The notes: a model not told the origin generated them from the letters alone. DNA of 64,000 bases from Bacteroidota bacterium (GCA_030679145.1 JAUXTU010000118.1:17679-81678); one strand, 5' to 3'; positions 9,223 through 19,899 are shown, numbered from the stretch's first letter. Numbers and translations: made by a program.

Positions 9223-9660
9223 CTATTCTTTCGGCAGTTCATTGATCAACGCCCAGAATACTCCCACTTGTTTAACCGCGTAAATAAATTCTTTGAAATC
9301 CACCGGCTTCACCACAAATGCATTGGTCCCTGAATCATAACTCTTTTTTAAGTCAGATTCTTCGCGGGACGATGTCAACATCACAACGGGAAGTTTTTTG
9401 AGCTGTTCATCTTTTCGAATTTCCTGCAGCACCTCCAAGCCGTCCATCCGCGGCATTTTAATATCCAGCAATACGACTGCCGGATGTTCTTGTTTGCGGT
9501 CTTTAAATTTCCCTTCGTACCGTAGATATTCCATTGCCTCTACACCATCCTGCACAACTGTAACACGATTCGCAAGATTCAATTCAGATAACGCTTCAAG
9601 TGTCAATTCGACATCGTGCGGATTGTCTTCCACCAGCAGGATATCTTTTAGATTAGTCAT
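9223..9660 (-). CDS. Single-domain response regulator (Rcp1-like)
   Basis: ILLVEDNPHD...LLDIKMPRMDGLEVL...VVMLTSS.EE.D...KPVDF...FW; overlaps the upstream kinase stop (ATGA). Confidence 0.93.
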   Translation of the reverse strand: MTNLKDILLVEDNPHDVELTLEALSELNLANRVTVVQDGVEAMEYLRYEGKFKDRKQEHPAVVLLDIKMPRMDGLEVLQEIRKDEQLKKLPVVMLTSSREESDLKKSYDSGTNAFVVKPVDFKEFIYAVKQVGVFWALINELPKE

Positions 9661-12650
9661 GATTTCATCTCCTTTTGTTTGGGCATGGTAAAATAGAATG
9701 TTGCTCCCTTGTTCAATTCAGCCTCTGCCCACGTGCGTCCTCCATGCCGAAGAACAATGCGACGTACATTGGCAAGCCCTATACCGGTTCCTTCGAAATC
9801 TGCATGAGAATGCAATCGTTGAAACACACCGAACAATTTCTGTACATACTTCATATCAAAACCGACACCGTTATCACGCACATAAAATATATATTCCGTA
9901 TCCTCGACAACGCTGCCAATTTCTATCCTGGCATGCTCTCTGGTCTTTGTGAATTTGACTGCATTCTGCAATAGATTTATCCAGACGAGTTTCACCATTG
10001 CTTTATCGCATAGCACGCGTGGTAGCGAACTAACGTTCCATTCGATCGTTCGGTTAGAATATTCATGTTGGAGAAATTTCAAAACATCTTGAGCCATCTC
10101 GTTCATATCAACATTTGACTCAACCATTTCTGAACGGCTGGTTCGAGAAAATTGAAGCAAATCGTCAATGAGTGTTCCCATCTGACGCGCAGAATCGGCG
10201 ATGGTATCAAGATAATGTTTTCCTTTTTCAGGAAGAGAGCCAGAGAAATGTTTGTTGAACAGATCCACATACCCATTGACATGCCGAAGCGGCGCACGTA
10301 AATCGTGTGAAACTGAATATGAGAATGCCTCAAGTTCCTTGTTGGCAGCTTCGAGTTGTGCAGTGCGTTGAATAACGCGTCGTTCCAGTTCTGCATTCAG
10401 ATGTCGAATCTCTTCTTCCGCATGTTTGCGTTCGGTAAGGTCCCTCATAATTACACAAACCATTTTTTTTCCGAGAGAATCGGAATACATTGATGTTCGT
10501 AAATCTGCTTCAAACTTTGTTCCATCTACCTTAATCATGGTAACTTCAGTTTGCGACTTTCCTGTTTCATCTCTTTCTTTTACATATGCCCATAAACGGG
10601 GATCGGTTTGATCGATCAGAGTCTTTCTTCCTAATTTACATATTTGCTCTTCTGTAGTGCCAAATAAAATACACGCGGCAAGGTTGGCAGCAAAAACAGT
10701 TCCATCAGGATATCCAAGAACAACAGCATCCATACTGTTTTCGAAAAATGCCTTGTGTATTGCTTCGCTTTTACGCAACGCATTCTCCACCCGCTTGCGC
10801 TCGGTAATGTCGTCGGTCATTCCCATAATTCGCTCAACTTTTCCGTCAAGTCTTTTGATAGGCACAAACGAGGAGGAAAAAAGAAGTCCGTTGGATGCTT
10901 TGAATTCAAAGACTGAATCTTTTCCCTTCAATGCAGCCTTCAGCAACTCACTTATCCGTTCCTTGTCTTCATTTCCTACCGCATCGAGATATGGCATTCC
11001 CTGTATCGCACCTTCATCCTTCACACCCATCATCTTCAAACCTGCTTTGTTCATGGAAGACAATTTACCTTGAAGATCTATCTCATGGATGCATATAGGC
11101 GAATGTTCAATCAATGTTCTATATCGTTCTTCACTGTTGCGTAATAGCATCTCTCCTCGCATACGTTCAGTAATATCAACATCAACTCCGCGATAGCCAA
11201 TAAGATTATTGTTCTTGTCAAGAATTGGGAACCCGGTCGTCGAGAGAATAACTTTCCTTCCATCTTTATGAATGCTATCATTAATAAAATTTTTGAAATT
11301 TTCTTTGCGGGCAAACGCTTCAAAGGCTCCCTGTTTTAGCACTTCCCTTTTTTCCGGATCAAAAAAATCATAGAAATATTTAATACCAAGAATTTCTTTT
11401 TCTTCATAACCCAATAACTCTTTTACCATTGGACTTATATAGGTGTATTTACCACTACGATCCACTTCCCAAATCAATTCACGCGCGCCTTCAGATACTT
11501 GTTTAAATCGCAATTCACTTTCGCGTAATATTTCTTCAGAATGTTTTCGTTCGGTAATATCGCGTACAATACCTTGTACAGCAATTAATTCTCCCCTATC
11601 ATTATAAATGGAAACAACGTTCTGTTCTATCCAGATTATTGCGCCATCCTTCTTTATCCATCGCAACTCTAAAGGGTTCTTGATAATTTTATTTTTTAAA
11701 GTAGAATTTATCAATTGGAGATCATCTGGGTGAACTACTTTACTAACTATATCGGGATCGGCGTAATGTTCTTCCGGACTATAGCCATTAATCTTAATTG
11801 ATGAAGGACTTACATAATCAAATCCTTCTGTTGGAATAAATCGGTAAATATAAATTAAATCATTGGCTCGTTCTGAAATAAAATGGTATTTTTCTTCGCC
11901 CTTCCGAATAAGATTATTTTGCTGTTCAATTTTCAACATTGCTTCATTAAATGCTTTGCTCACAACTCCAACCTCATTATCAGTAACAATCGGAATTGGT
12001 TCATTCAACTGATGATTTCCCAATCGTTCCGCACCGCTCAGCAATAAATTTAACTGCCGCAGCACAACATGCGAAAGTCCGAATGCGAACAATGTACCGA
12101 TGAGTATTGCCGCTAGTGTGTACAATAATCCTTGGCGATTGACGTATTCGATATGTATTTTCTCTATAGAAAGATTGTGTGCTATACGTGCCCAGCCTAA
12201 GAATGTTTTGTTTTCAAAAATGGGTGCAACGATCTCAATTTCTTCTTCGGAAGAAACAAGTTTTGTTATTCTTTGTGGTCCTTGTAAAAATGAAAGGCTT
12301 GCAGAGTCTTGCAGATATAAACCAATTTTATTTTTATTGGAATGGCTTACTACACGCCCTTCTGGTGTCATAATCATTGCATAACTAATAGATTGATCTT
12401 CCGAAAAGGTTTCCAACACTTCTTGCAATCCTATCAGATCATGGGTTCGTAAATACTCTTTACTGCTCGATGCAAGTATAGTTATTTGAGATAATGTTTC
12501 AATATTTGCTTTTTCTATCAGAAATAATTTTTGACGTTGGGTAAGATCGTACACAAAAATAGTCATCAATAGTAAATGCACCATGGCGACACCAAGAACA
12601 AGTTGCCGGCGAATTGATTTCCCGATGATCCATCGGTATATTTTTTGCAT
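9657..12650 (-). CDS. Membrane sensor histidine kinase (TM-periplasmic-TM-HAMP-PASx4-HisKA-HATPase; Cph1-like kinase core)
   Basis: Two TM helices; HAMP (DNEVGVVSKAFNEAM); four PAS/PAC units; FSYSVSHDLRAPLR, NLLQNAVKF, DNGVGF, LFGVFQRLH, GTGIGLA. Confidence 0.94.
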   Translation of the reverse strand: MQKIYRWIIGKSIRRQLVLGVAMVHLLLMTIFVYDLTQRQKLFLIEKANIETLSQITILASSSKEYLRTHDLIGLQEVLETFSEDQSISYAMIMTPEGRVVSHSNKNKIGLYLQDSASLSFLQGPQRITKLVSSEEEIEIVAPIFENKTFLGWARIAHNLSIEKIHIEYVNRQGLLYTLAAILIGTLFAFGLSHVVLRQLNLLLSGAERLGNHQLNEPIPIVTDNEVGVVSKAFNEAMLKIEQQNNLIRKGEEKYHFISERANDLIYIYRFIPTEGFDYVSPSSIKINGYSPEEHYADPDIVSKVVHPDDLQLINSTLKNKIIKNPLELRWIKKDGAIIWIEQNVVSIYNDRGELIAVQGIVRDITERKHSEEILRESELRFKQVSEGARELIWEVDRSGKYTYISPMVKELLGYEEKEILGIKYFYDFFDPEKREVLKQGAFEAFARKENFKNFINDSIHKDGRKVILSTTGFPILDKNNNLIGYRGVDVDITERMRGEMLLRNSEERYRTLIEHSPICIHEIDLQGKLSSMNKAGLKMMGVKDEGAIQGMPYLDAVGNEDKERISELLKAALKGKDSVFEFKASNGLLFSSSFVPIKRLDGKVERIMGMTDDITERKRVENALRKSEAIHKAFFENSMDAVVLGYPDGTVFAANLAACILFGTTEEQICKLGRKTLIDQTDPRLWAYVKERDETGKSQTEVTMIKVDGTKFEADLRTSMYSDSLGKKMVCVIMRDLTERKHAEEEIRHLNAELERRVIQRTAQLEAANKELEAFSYSVSHDLRAPLRHVNGYVDLFNKHFSGSLPEKGKHYLDTIADSARQMGTLIDDLLQFSRTSRSEMVESNVDMNEMAQDVLKFLQHEYSNRTIEWNVSSLPRVLCDKAMVKLVWINLLQNAVKFTKTREHARIEIGSVVEDTEYIFYVRDNGVGFDMKYVQKLFGVFQRLHSHADFEGTGIGLANVRRIVLRHGGRTWAEAELNKGATFYFTMPKQKEMKS

Positions 12651-13588
12651 TATTTTTTCCCTCCCATTGCGGGTAACGATCCGAATAGGTTTTTATACTT
12701 TATCAAAAAAGTATTAACCCGTGCGGTATATTCTTTTTGCAACATTGGAACAAAGCGAGAAAGGTTAATTCGTTTCAAAATCTCTTTCCCTTCCCGATGG
12801 GTATGTAATTGGAATAGTATATCAAAAAATATTTTACAATGTTGTTCCGGCACATCATTACGCACAACCAGTCCGTTATTAATCAACGGTTCTGTTTGCC
12901 ATTGAATAGTAAGAGCACTATCAACTTCAGGATGGTCTTTCAAAAATGATTCCCATGGAGGCGGCCACGTACACCCTGCTTTGGTTTTTCCAAAATAAAC
13001 ATTCATAATGGAAGATTCTTGTGAACCAACGTAGAGACATTTTGCGTCTTTTTCCACATCTAAGCCATTTGTTTTTAAAAAATATTTCGGCATCATTGCC
13101 GCAGCAAGAGCTGTTGCCGATGGAAAACTGATCACCTCACCTCGCAGATCTTCAATCGACCGGATATGACTGTCCTTTCGCACCACGATAATTCCACGAA
13201 ACCGTTCGTCATCTCCCATTTTTCCGAAAATTGTATAACCATATTGTAAGGATTGGATACTCTGATACGGATTTGGTATTGCAAACTGAAATTTTCGATT
13301 TTTCAGTTTCTCTTCAAAATGAGCATAATCCTTTGATGCTTCAAGACGAACAGAAAATTCTTTTGTATGCTGATTGATATAATCCACTAACGGCTGATAG
13401 ACTTCAAAATAGCGACGAGAATTATGGAGCGGATGAATGGCAAAAGTATACTCAACAATGACTGATTGCACTGTTGACTCTTTGCCATAGATTGGTGTAC
13501 TTTCGCGTTTTGGTTGTTTGGTACAGCTGAAATTCAAGATAGCAGTTACAATGAAAATGAAATGAAAAATAACAGAAGGAGTTTTCAT
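12650..13588 (-). CDS. PhnD/phosphate-phosphonate-type substrate-binding lipoprotein
   Basis: Lipoprotein-like signal (LNFSC); YQPLVDYIN, GIIVVRKDSHIRSIEDLRG, YVGSQESS motifs of the PhnD family; stop overlaps the kinase start (TAATG). Confidence 0.85.
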   Translation of the reverse strand: MKTPSVIFHFIFIVTAILNFSCTKQPKRESTPIYGKESTVQSVIVEYTFAIHPLHNSRRYFEVYQPLVDYINQHTKEFSVRLEASKDYAHFEEKLKNRKFQFAIPNPYQSIQSLQYGYTIFGKMGDDERFRGIIVVRKDSHIRSIEDLRGEVISFPSATALAAAMMPKYFLKTNGLDVEKDAKCLYVGSQESSIMNVYFGKTKAGCTWPPPWESFLKDHPEVDSALTIQWQTEPLINNGLVVRNDVPEQHCKIFFDILFQLHTHREGKEILKRINLSRFVPMLQKEYTARVNTFLIKYKNLFGSLPAMGGKK

Positions 13589-13792
13589 ATAAAATTCTCG
13601 TTTATTGATAGGCGGTATAACTAAATCGAGATTTCGGGAAAACTATTACTCTGAGTGAAGCACAGATATTTTTTTACTGAACGTATTGAACCATTTTTAA
13701 AAAACAATATCTCTACCATGCATTTGAAATCAAAAGGTTAACGGAATTACTCAAAGGCCATTTCTCTCCTGTTCGACATCTGCTTTCACAAT

Positions 13793-13821
13793 AAGATAGG
13801 CAAAAGTAAACAAGCCCTCAA
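13793..13821 (-). promoter_or_regulatory. Candidate sigma70-type promoter for the binding-protein/kinase operon
   Basis: Minus strand TTGAGG-N17-TATCTT, about 205 bp upstream of the ATG at 13588. Confidence 0.35.
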
Positions 13822-14183
13822 TGAGTTATCTTTATATTTTGTCTATCTGTCAAAACATTCAGACAATGTTATCCGTTCCTCAGCCTTAAATCATATTCTA
13901 TTATTAATCTAGGACCACTCATCTCTTCCAAATTTTTAATCAAAAAGATCTTTCTTTTTACAAGTAAAGAATGTGTAAATCTTCCTTACGCATTCATATC
14001 AGAACACATTTTTATTTTCGTCGTTTACCCCGACTTGAAGTATCCGATCTCATATAATTAATTACACTTTTGTAGAATTGTAAAAATGAGAAGCATAAGA
14101 ACCTCACAAATTTCAAAATTTTTGACGTTTTTCTGTGGCACAATGATTGTTTATAAAGAGATAACTATAAAGAGGATACTACA

Positions 14184-15368
14184 ATGAACGCCACTTCAAC
14201 TTCAACTCTTCGCCAACGCTCTTCCATTGAAGAGTTATACAAACAATCACAATACTTTACAAAACACCTTCAATATCAATATTTTTCAGATTCGCTTACT
14301 GAGTTCGTTACAATATTGAATAGCAACAGACAGATCGTGTTTTGTAATCAACCTTTAGTCACGTATCTCAACGCCGTTGATGCAAATGACATTATCGGAA
14401 AACGTCCGGGTGAGGCATTGCATTGCCAACATTCTAATATCACTCCGGGAGGATGCGGTACAACGGAATTTTGTAAAATGTGCGGCGCATATCGTGCCAT
14501 CATGCAAAGTCAACAAGGGAAAGAGAATATTCAAGAATGTCGGATCATATCAGAACCGGATACTAAAGCGCTGGATCTATCGGTTCATGCAACTCCATTC
14601 ACCTATAACAATGAACCATTTACCATCTTTGCGTTGACCGATATTGGAGATGAAAAGCGCCGAAAAGTGCTGGAGAGTCTGTTCTTTCACGACATTCTGA
14701 ATATGGTCGGTGGTTTACTCGGATATTCAGAACTGTTAAAAGATGCGTCAGCTGAAGAAGCAAAAGAATTTGCGCCGATCATGAGCAAACTCGTCTCAGA
14801 TCTAAGCGATCAGATCACAGCACAAAAGGAGCTTGCAAAAGCAGAACATAATACAACCAAGGTATCCCCGACAATGATCCATGCAAAAACATTCTTGGAT
14901 TCCATCGTTCTTTCGCTCCGGATGCATGCAGTATCAAAAGATAAGACCATCACAGTCGATCCGTCTGCAGAAGATTTTATCTTTGTCAGCGACGATAATA
15001 TCTTACATCGTGTGATTGGAAATTTAACAAAGAATGCACTTGAAGCAACAAATATTAACTCCACTGTGCAGATTTCTTGCAAACGAAAGGGGTCTGAAGT
15101 TCAATTCAGCGTTCATAACAACGAAGAAATACCATACGAAGTTCAACTTCAGATCTTCCAACGGTCATTCTCAACAAAAGGAGATGGAAGAGGATTGGGA
15201 ACATATAGTGTAAAGCTGTTTACAGAACAATACCTTAACGGTGAGGTTTCATTTGTCTCAAACAAAGATGACGGCACAACGTTCACTGTTGAATTACCAA
15301 TCTCTCTGGGCACTCCGAATAATACTCAATCAAAAACGAGTGAAATGGTTGAAAGTGTCTTTGCATAA
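14184..15368 (+). CDS. Cytoplasmic histidine kinase with a Cys-rich PAS-like sensor
   Basis: PAS-like N-terminus containing GEALHC...GGCGTTEFCKMC...ECRI; H-box FFHDILN; NLTKNALEA; FSTKG.GRGLGTY; RBS-like GAGG upstream. Confidence 0.9.
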   Translation: MNATSTSTLRQRSSIEELYKQSQYFTKHLQYQYFSDSLTEFVTILNSNRQIVFCNQPLVTYLNAVDANDIIGKRPGEALHCQHSNITPGGCGTTEFCKMCGAYRAIMQSQQGKENIQECRIISEPDTKALDLSVHATPFTYNNEPFTIFALTDIGDEKRRKVLESLFFHDILNMVGGLLGYSELLKDASAEEAKEFAPIMSKLVSDLSDQITAQKELAKAEHNTTKVSPTMIHAKTFLDSIVLSLRMHAVSKDKTITVDPSAEDFIFVSDDNILHRVIGNLTKNALEATNINSTVQISCKRKGSEVQFSVHNNEEIPYEVQLQIFQRSFSTKGDGRGLGTYSVKLFTEQYLNGEVSFVSNKDDGTTFTVELPISLGTPNNTQSKTSEMVESVFA

Positions 15369-15421
15369 AAAATCTGAAGAGAGGAATTTTAGGTCGGAAT
15401 CCATATATCAATGCCTCATAA

Positions 15422-15472
15422 AAGTTCAGCGTTTTGAATCCCGCAATGAACGGAATTCAAAATGCTGAACTT
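15422..15472. terminator. Long hairpin between convergent genes (bidirectional terminator or palindromic element)
   Basis: AAGTTCAGCGTTTTGAATCCCG-caatgaa-CGGAATTCAAAATGCTGAACTT; 22-bp arms with 2 non-Watson-Crick positions. Confidence 0.55.
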
Positions 15473-15531
15473 CGGGCATGAAAGCTTTGCTTTTAGGCAT
15501 ATATTCTTACTGCCCAACGTGAGTTTACAAA

Positions 15532-16851
15532 TTATTTCTGCAGCAGCTCTGAAAGCTCTTTTTGATCGATCTTCAATGCACTCGCCGCTTTTTCCATTGC
15601 TTCATCTTCCGATTTTCCTACACCCTTTGCGGAGAATTGTATTGACCCGCCAATAGAATTCGATGTATTATCTTTCAGATTCATTGTTGCTTCAAGAGTA
15701 AGAGTATATAACGTTCCAGCCATTCCGTCGATCTTATTCAATCCGCTTGTGCTGAGTTCCACAATAATTGAATTATTGGACATCGTCACAACTTTATACC
15801 CAATCTGTGAAACCGCAGTAGAAAGTTTTGACGAAATATTGTCTGCAACTTTTTTATTCTTCGAATTTGTTAAGATTGAAAAAGCTTTGTCAGATAGTTG
15901 AGCTGTCCAGGAGAATGTTACCGAAGATTGATTAAGATTCTCGTCAAATTCCCTTCCAATGCTAACGATGGACACTTTTGCTTTCATTCTATTTCCGCTT
16001 CGAACACTGGTGGCGAATGTGGCCGCACCTTTTTCGTCCGTCAGTCCTTCGCCAAGTTTATTCTTTTCATCAAGAAGAAACATGACCGTAACACCAGAGC
16101 AAGGAACATCATTCACAGTAACTGCAACAGTAAATGGTTGTGGAAATTTCTCTCCAATTTTTCCTTTTTGATTATCGCCGCTTTTCTTCTCTAATTTGAT
16201 CTGAGAAAGAAATGTCCGGATATCAGTTTGCAATGCAGCCGGATTGAACATTGACGGGAAAGAAAACGGAGCACGCGCCGCGGCATTATGCAGCACCTGT
16301 TTTGCAAATAACGGCGTGATCACTTGCTTGATCTGATTGGTACTTTGAATTGCTTCATTCAATTTCCCTTTTGCAGCAAATTCTTTTGCCGCCGTTCTCA
16401 AATCACTTGCCTGTTTCCAGCCGCTCTCCAGTTCCGAGCGTAAACCTTGACTATATTTATCACGATTCAAAACAACAAGTGCATATGTAGTGGATGAAGC
16501 CTCATCAACAACTGTTTCGATAACATCAGCACCGGTGATCTCATCACTGACTACTGTGCGTGATTGACGTTTGAAATCGGAATAGATCTGTTCATCATCA
16601 TTCACGGAAAAATTCTGAGTCACCGATCTGACCTCCGACTGCACCTGAACTCGAAGCTGTGAAACAATATCCGCCAGTGCGGCTTTTTTTGCAGATTCTG
16701 CACCGGTTGCTCCGCCGCCCGTTCCGATACCAATGATGTATTCTGATGTCGGATACTGAGGGTGATTGTGTGACGAAAACCATATAGGTATTTGTGCAGA
16801 TGAAGTTGCAGCGGCCATCAATACAAGAACAAGGGTTGATATTTTTTTCAT
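15532..16851 (-). CDS. Exported protein with an LPP20-like N-terminal domain and an Ig-like domain
   Basis: Signal peptide; PIWF...YIIGIG...AKKAALADIVSQLRVQV (LPP20-like); SGDNQKGKIGEKFPQPFTVAV (Big-1-like). Confidence 0.65.
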   Translation of the reverse strand: MKKISTLVLVLMAAATSSAQIPIWFSSHNHPQYPTSEYIIGIGTGGGATGAESAKKAALADIVSQLRVQVQSEVRSVTQNFSVNDDEQIYSDFKRQSRTVVSDEITGADVIETVVDEASSTTYALVVLNRDKYSQGLRSELESGWKQASDLRTAAKEFAAKGKLNEAIQSTNQIKQVITPLFAKQVLHNAAARAPFSFPSMFNPAALQTDIRTFLSQIKLEKKSGDNQKGKIGEKFPQPFTVAVTVNDVPCSGVTVMFLLDEKNKLGEGLTDEKGAATFATSVRSGNRMKAKVSIVSIGREFDENLNQSSVTFSWTAQLSDKAFSILTNSKNKKVADNISSKLSTAVSQIGYKVVTMSNNSIIVELSTSGLNKIDGMAGTLYTLTLEATMNLKDNTSNSIGGSIQFSAKGVGKSEDEAMEKAASALKIDQKELSELLQK

Positions 16852-16873
16852 ATTCTATCCTAAACGTTGATGA

Positions 16874-18145
16874 TTATTCTACTCCAACAACGATCAATTT
16901 TCGATTAAGTGTTATCTGTTTTAATTTACCTTGCGAAAAATTAGCATTAAACTCACGCCGAAGTTCACGGAACAATGCTGAAGGACTTTGCATATCTTTA
17001 TCCTGTATCCACGCAAGATAATCGATCGTATTATCAGCAACTACATTTTCTTTCACACGCCCTGCAATTTTCTTCAAAGTTTTTGAAGCAGCATCGGCGA
17101 TATCGTATTTCGTATCCTGATCGAACTGACCCACAATGGTAAAAATAATTTTATACTGAGCACCATTTTTCAGGTCATCCTGCCAATATGAATTGATCCT
17201 TGAAATAACATTATTCAATGCATTCGTCATTGCCGCCTCTACAAGCGCATTTGCCGGCGCAGCAGATTCTTCGCTGTATCCCGTCTCAACTCCAAGTAGG
17301 CGGGCGGTCGTAGTCTCATATGCTCGAATAGACACCGATGCTTTTCGGACATCGGATGAACCGACTTTACGAGTATCAATGGTGATCGTGTATGAAACAT
17401 AGATATCACTCCCCACAGAAAGCGCAATCATGTAAGAAAAGTCTTCTTCATGACCTTTCACGCTCAACTGTGCTTTTTGCTGATCATACAACTGCTGTGC
17501 TTGTTCCGGTGCAACAACGTTGTATTTTTTTTGTGTGAGGTATGATTCAATGACTGACGCACCTTGTTTGAGAACTGCGTTTGATCGTAATTCGTCCAAT
17601 GGGTTTTGTCCGGATTTCACTTCCGGCAACGCCATCAATGTCGGCAGACCGATCTCTTCAGTTACATCTTCAAGTTTAGCAATCACCCGGCGATCAACAA
17701 GAAAATTCATGATCGTTGCTCGATTGATACGAAATTGTTTCTCAATACGGATCTTTTCGCCACCGGCAAGTTTTACTCTGCTCTCAAAACTATTTGCTTC
17801 CCACGCAATAAATTTTTGAACATTGTCATTTGCAAACAATTCCTGCTCAACGGGAGCAAATTTTCGTTTCTCTTCATCGCTGCGGACCAATCCGTCAAGC
17901 CCTGCGCCGCCATAAACGACAAGGTAAACAGCTGCTTTGCGTGCATCGATCTCTGCAAGTTTCACAGATTCTTCTTCTTTAAACCCAAACATCCCGGATT
18001 TTCCACCTATCCCTTTCGCTTTGATCAGCACTTCATCAGCAGTGACTGCTTCAATGAATGTTGCCTGACGTGAATCGGGAAGATTTCCTTGAGCATAAAG
18101 AAACGTTGAGAAAAAAACCAAGAGTATACTTATTGTCCGTTTCAT
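16874..18145 (-). CDS. Exported protein, DUF6175-like
   Basis: Signal peptide; LPTLMALP...SDIYVSY...RAYETTTARLLG pattern recalled from DUF6175/CsgG-like folds. Confidence 0.55.
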   Translation of the reverse strand: MKRTISILLVFFSTFLYAQGNLPDSRQATFIEAVTADEVLIKAKGIGGKSGMFGFKEEESVKLAEIDARKAAVYLVVYGGAGLDGLVRSDEEKRKFAPVEQELFANDNVQKFIAWEANSFESRVKLAGGEKIRIEKQFRINRATIMNFLVDRRVIAKLEDVTEEIGLPTLMALPEVKSGQNPLDELRSNAVLKQGASVIESYLTQKKYNVVAPEQAQQLYDQQKAQLSVKGHEEDFSYMIALSVGSDIYVSYTITIDTRKVGSSDVRKASVSIRAYETTTARLLGVETGYSEESAAPANALVEAAMTNALNNVISRINSYWQDDLKNGAQYKIIFTIVGQFDQDTKYDIADAASKTLKKIAGRVKENVVADNTIDYLAWIQDKDMQSPSALFRELRREFNANFSQGKLKQITLNRKLIVVGVE

Positions 18146-18159
18146 AATTCCTCAAATAG

Positions 18160-19899
18160 TTAATTGAGTGAAGGGAGTGAATAATTGAACCACACAAACC
18201 AACCAAGTCCGGAATATCGTACTTCAGGACCTTTTGCATTTTCCAATTTTGTATCGTTGTTATCTTTATCGGTTACGGTAACATTCCATTCATTGCTGAC
18301 CGGTGCGCCGGAATACTCCGCACCACCTCCAATAGAAAATGCAGGTGTGAGATATATTTCTAGTCCTGCCTTTGCATCAAAACCAAATGCTGTATGCATC
18401 AATGAATAATTGAGATCATCACCGTTCTTATCTTTTCCGACATCGGAAAGGTACGTCGCGTTAAAACGGCCATCAGCTTGAAGAACAAGTCCAAACCGCC
18501 GAAAATAATATTTTTTAACAAGTCCCAAATTTATGTAGCCCCCAAGCCCGGGACCCGCATTCTTTGAGCTATCTATCGGATTAAGAGTCTTAGAATAGTC
18601 ATAAAAGAAAAATTTTCCTTGAGCGTTAGGAAATCCAAGTGCCGCGCCAAGATGGAGCCACAATTCTGAAACATTCGTTGCATTTGCAAGACTTGTTTGA
18701 ATGGAAGCCATTGGACCGAACATTCCTGAATATTCTTCATCTATCCGCAGAAAGAATTTTTTTCCATCAGGAAAAATAAATACGTCATCAAATTTGGAGA
18801 TTTTTATCGGAATCTTACCAAAACCGCCAAGACCATTAATGCCGATCAGCGGAATTTCAGTTACATTCAATCCCGGAGAATAGTTTGATCCGGTGATTGT
18901 TTGAGCATAGGAAAATGCTGATTCATTTTTTTTATTGTTTCCAACCTTCCGTACTTTTACGAAACCGCGTCGTTCTTTCTTTATTTCACCCGATTCGGAT
19001 TCCATTAATTCTTCAACCCAATACGAGTCATCCAGACCAAGACCTTCGCGTGTTCCAAGATTGAGATTGATCCCAAACGTTGTCACTTCAGTTACTCCGC
19101 CTGTCAATTTGAATTCTTCAAGTTTTTTTGTTTCATTTGCAATGTTCACCGAACTAACCTTCACAGCAGATTCAAATGCCTCCCAGTCTACATCTCCTTC
19201 GGCTCCATCATCCTGATCTCCGGACCGTGAAATCTCATTATCACCCCAGCCGTTCGCAGCACCAATAAACGAAACGGACGCATTGTTCGATTTATCAACA
19301 TTCAATTTAAACCACAACAATCCGACCTTTATTGAATGCGTATATGTCGTGTATTTTTGTTTTCGAACAACTTTTCCTTCATCGTTTTTTATATCTCTTT
19401 CACCACGGCTGGTACTTCGATTGTATAACTCCACATATGGTACATAGAAAAATCCGGAATTAAGGATCGATTCCAATTGTGCAGCGGAAAGTCCGCTGGA
19501 CTGCGCCTTAGTTGCAAGAAATGTATTTCGTTCAGCTTCTGTGAGGTTCTGCTTGCTCAGCAATTCTTTATTGAAGTCGAGCAGTTCCAGGAATTTTGGA
19601 GCAAGATTTTTTTCGATCAGTGGACGAACAGTAGAAGCAGAAAATGAATTCATCTTTGATGCTTCATTGCTGAATTCCACAATGACATTTTCCGGAAGAG
19701 AAGAATAGTTGAATCGTTCCATTACTATACTTTTTGAAACTGAGGAAGCAATAAAATTGGTCTGACGACTCGTCAATTGAAATCCCGCAGGTACCAGAAC
19801 TTTGTTTACGTACGATACAACCTTCTTCTTATATTGTGCATTTAACGAGATAGATGCGGTGCAAAATACAATCACGATAAGTGTAATATATTTTTTCAT
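18160..19899 (-). CDS. Exported hypothetical protein with a probable C-terminal outer-membrane beta-barrel
   Basis: Signal peptide; INLNLGTREGLGLDD (FlgT-C-like); C-terminal alternating Gly/aromatic strands ending GWFVWFNYSL. Confidence 0.6.
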   Translation of the reverse strand: MKKYITLIVIVFCTASISLNAQYKKKVVSYVNKVLVPAGFQLTSRQTNFIASSVSKSIVMERFNYSSLPENVIVEFSNEASKMNSFSASTVRPLIEKNLAPKFLELLDFNKELLSKQNLTEAERNTFLATKAQSSGLSAAQLESILNSGFFYVPYVELYNRSTSRGERDIKNDEGKVVRKQKYTTYTHSIKVGLLWFKLNVDKSNNASVSFIGAANGWGDNEISRSGDQDDGAEGDVDWEAFESAVKVSSVNIANETKKLEEFKLTGGVTEVTTFGINLNLGTREGLGLDDSYWVEELMESESGEIKKERRGFVKVRKVGNNKKNESAFSYAQTITGSNYSPGLNVTEIPLIGINGLGGFGKIPIKISKFDDVFIFPDGKKFFLRIDEEYSGMFGPMASIQTSLANATNVSELWLHLGAALGFPNAQGKFFFYDYSKTLNPIDSSKNAGPGLGGYINLGLVKKYYFRRFGLVLQADGRFNATYLSDVGKDKNGDDLNYSLMHTAFGFDAKAGLEIYLTPAFSIGGGAEYSGAPVSNEWNVTVTDKDNNDTKLENAKGPEVRYSGLGWFVWFNYSLPSLN

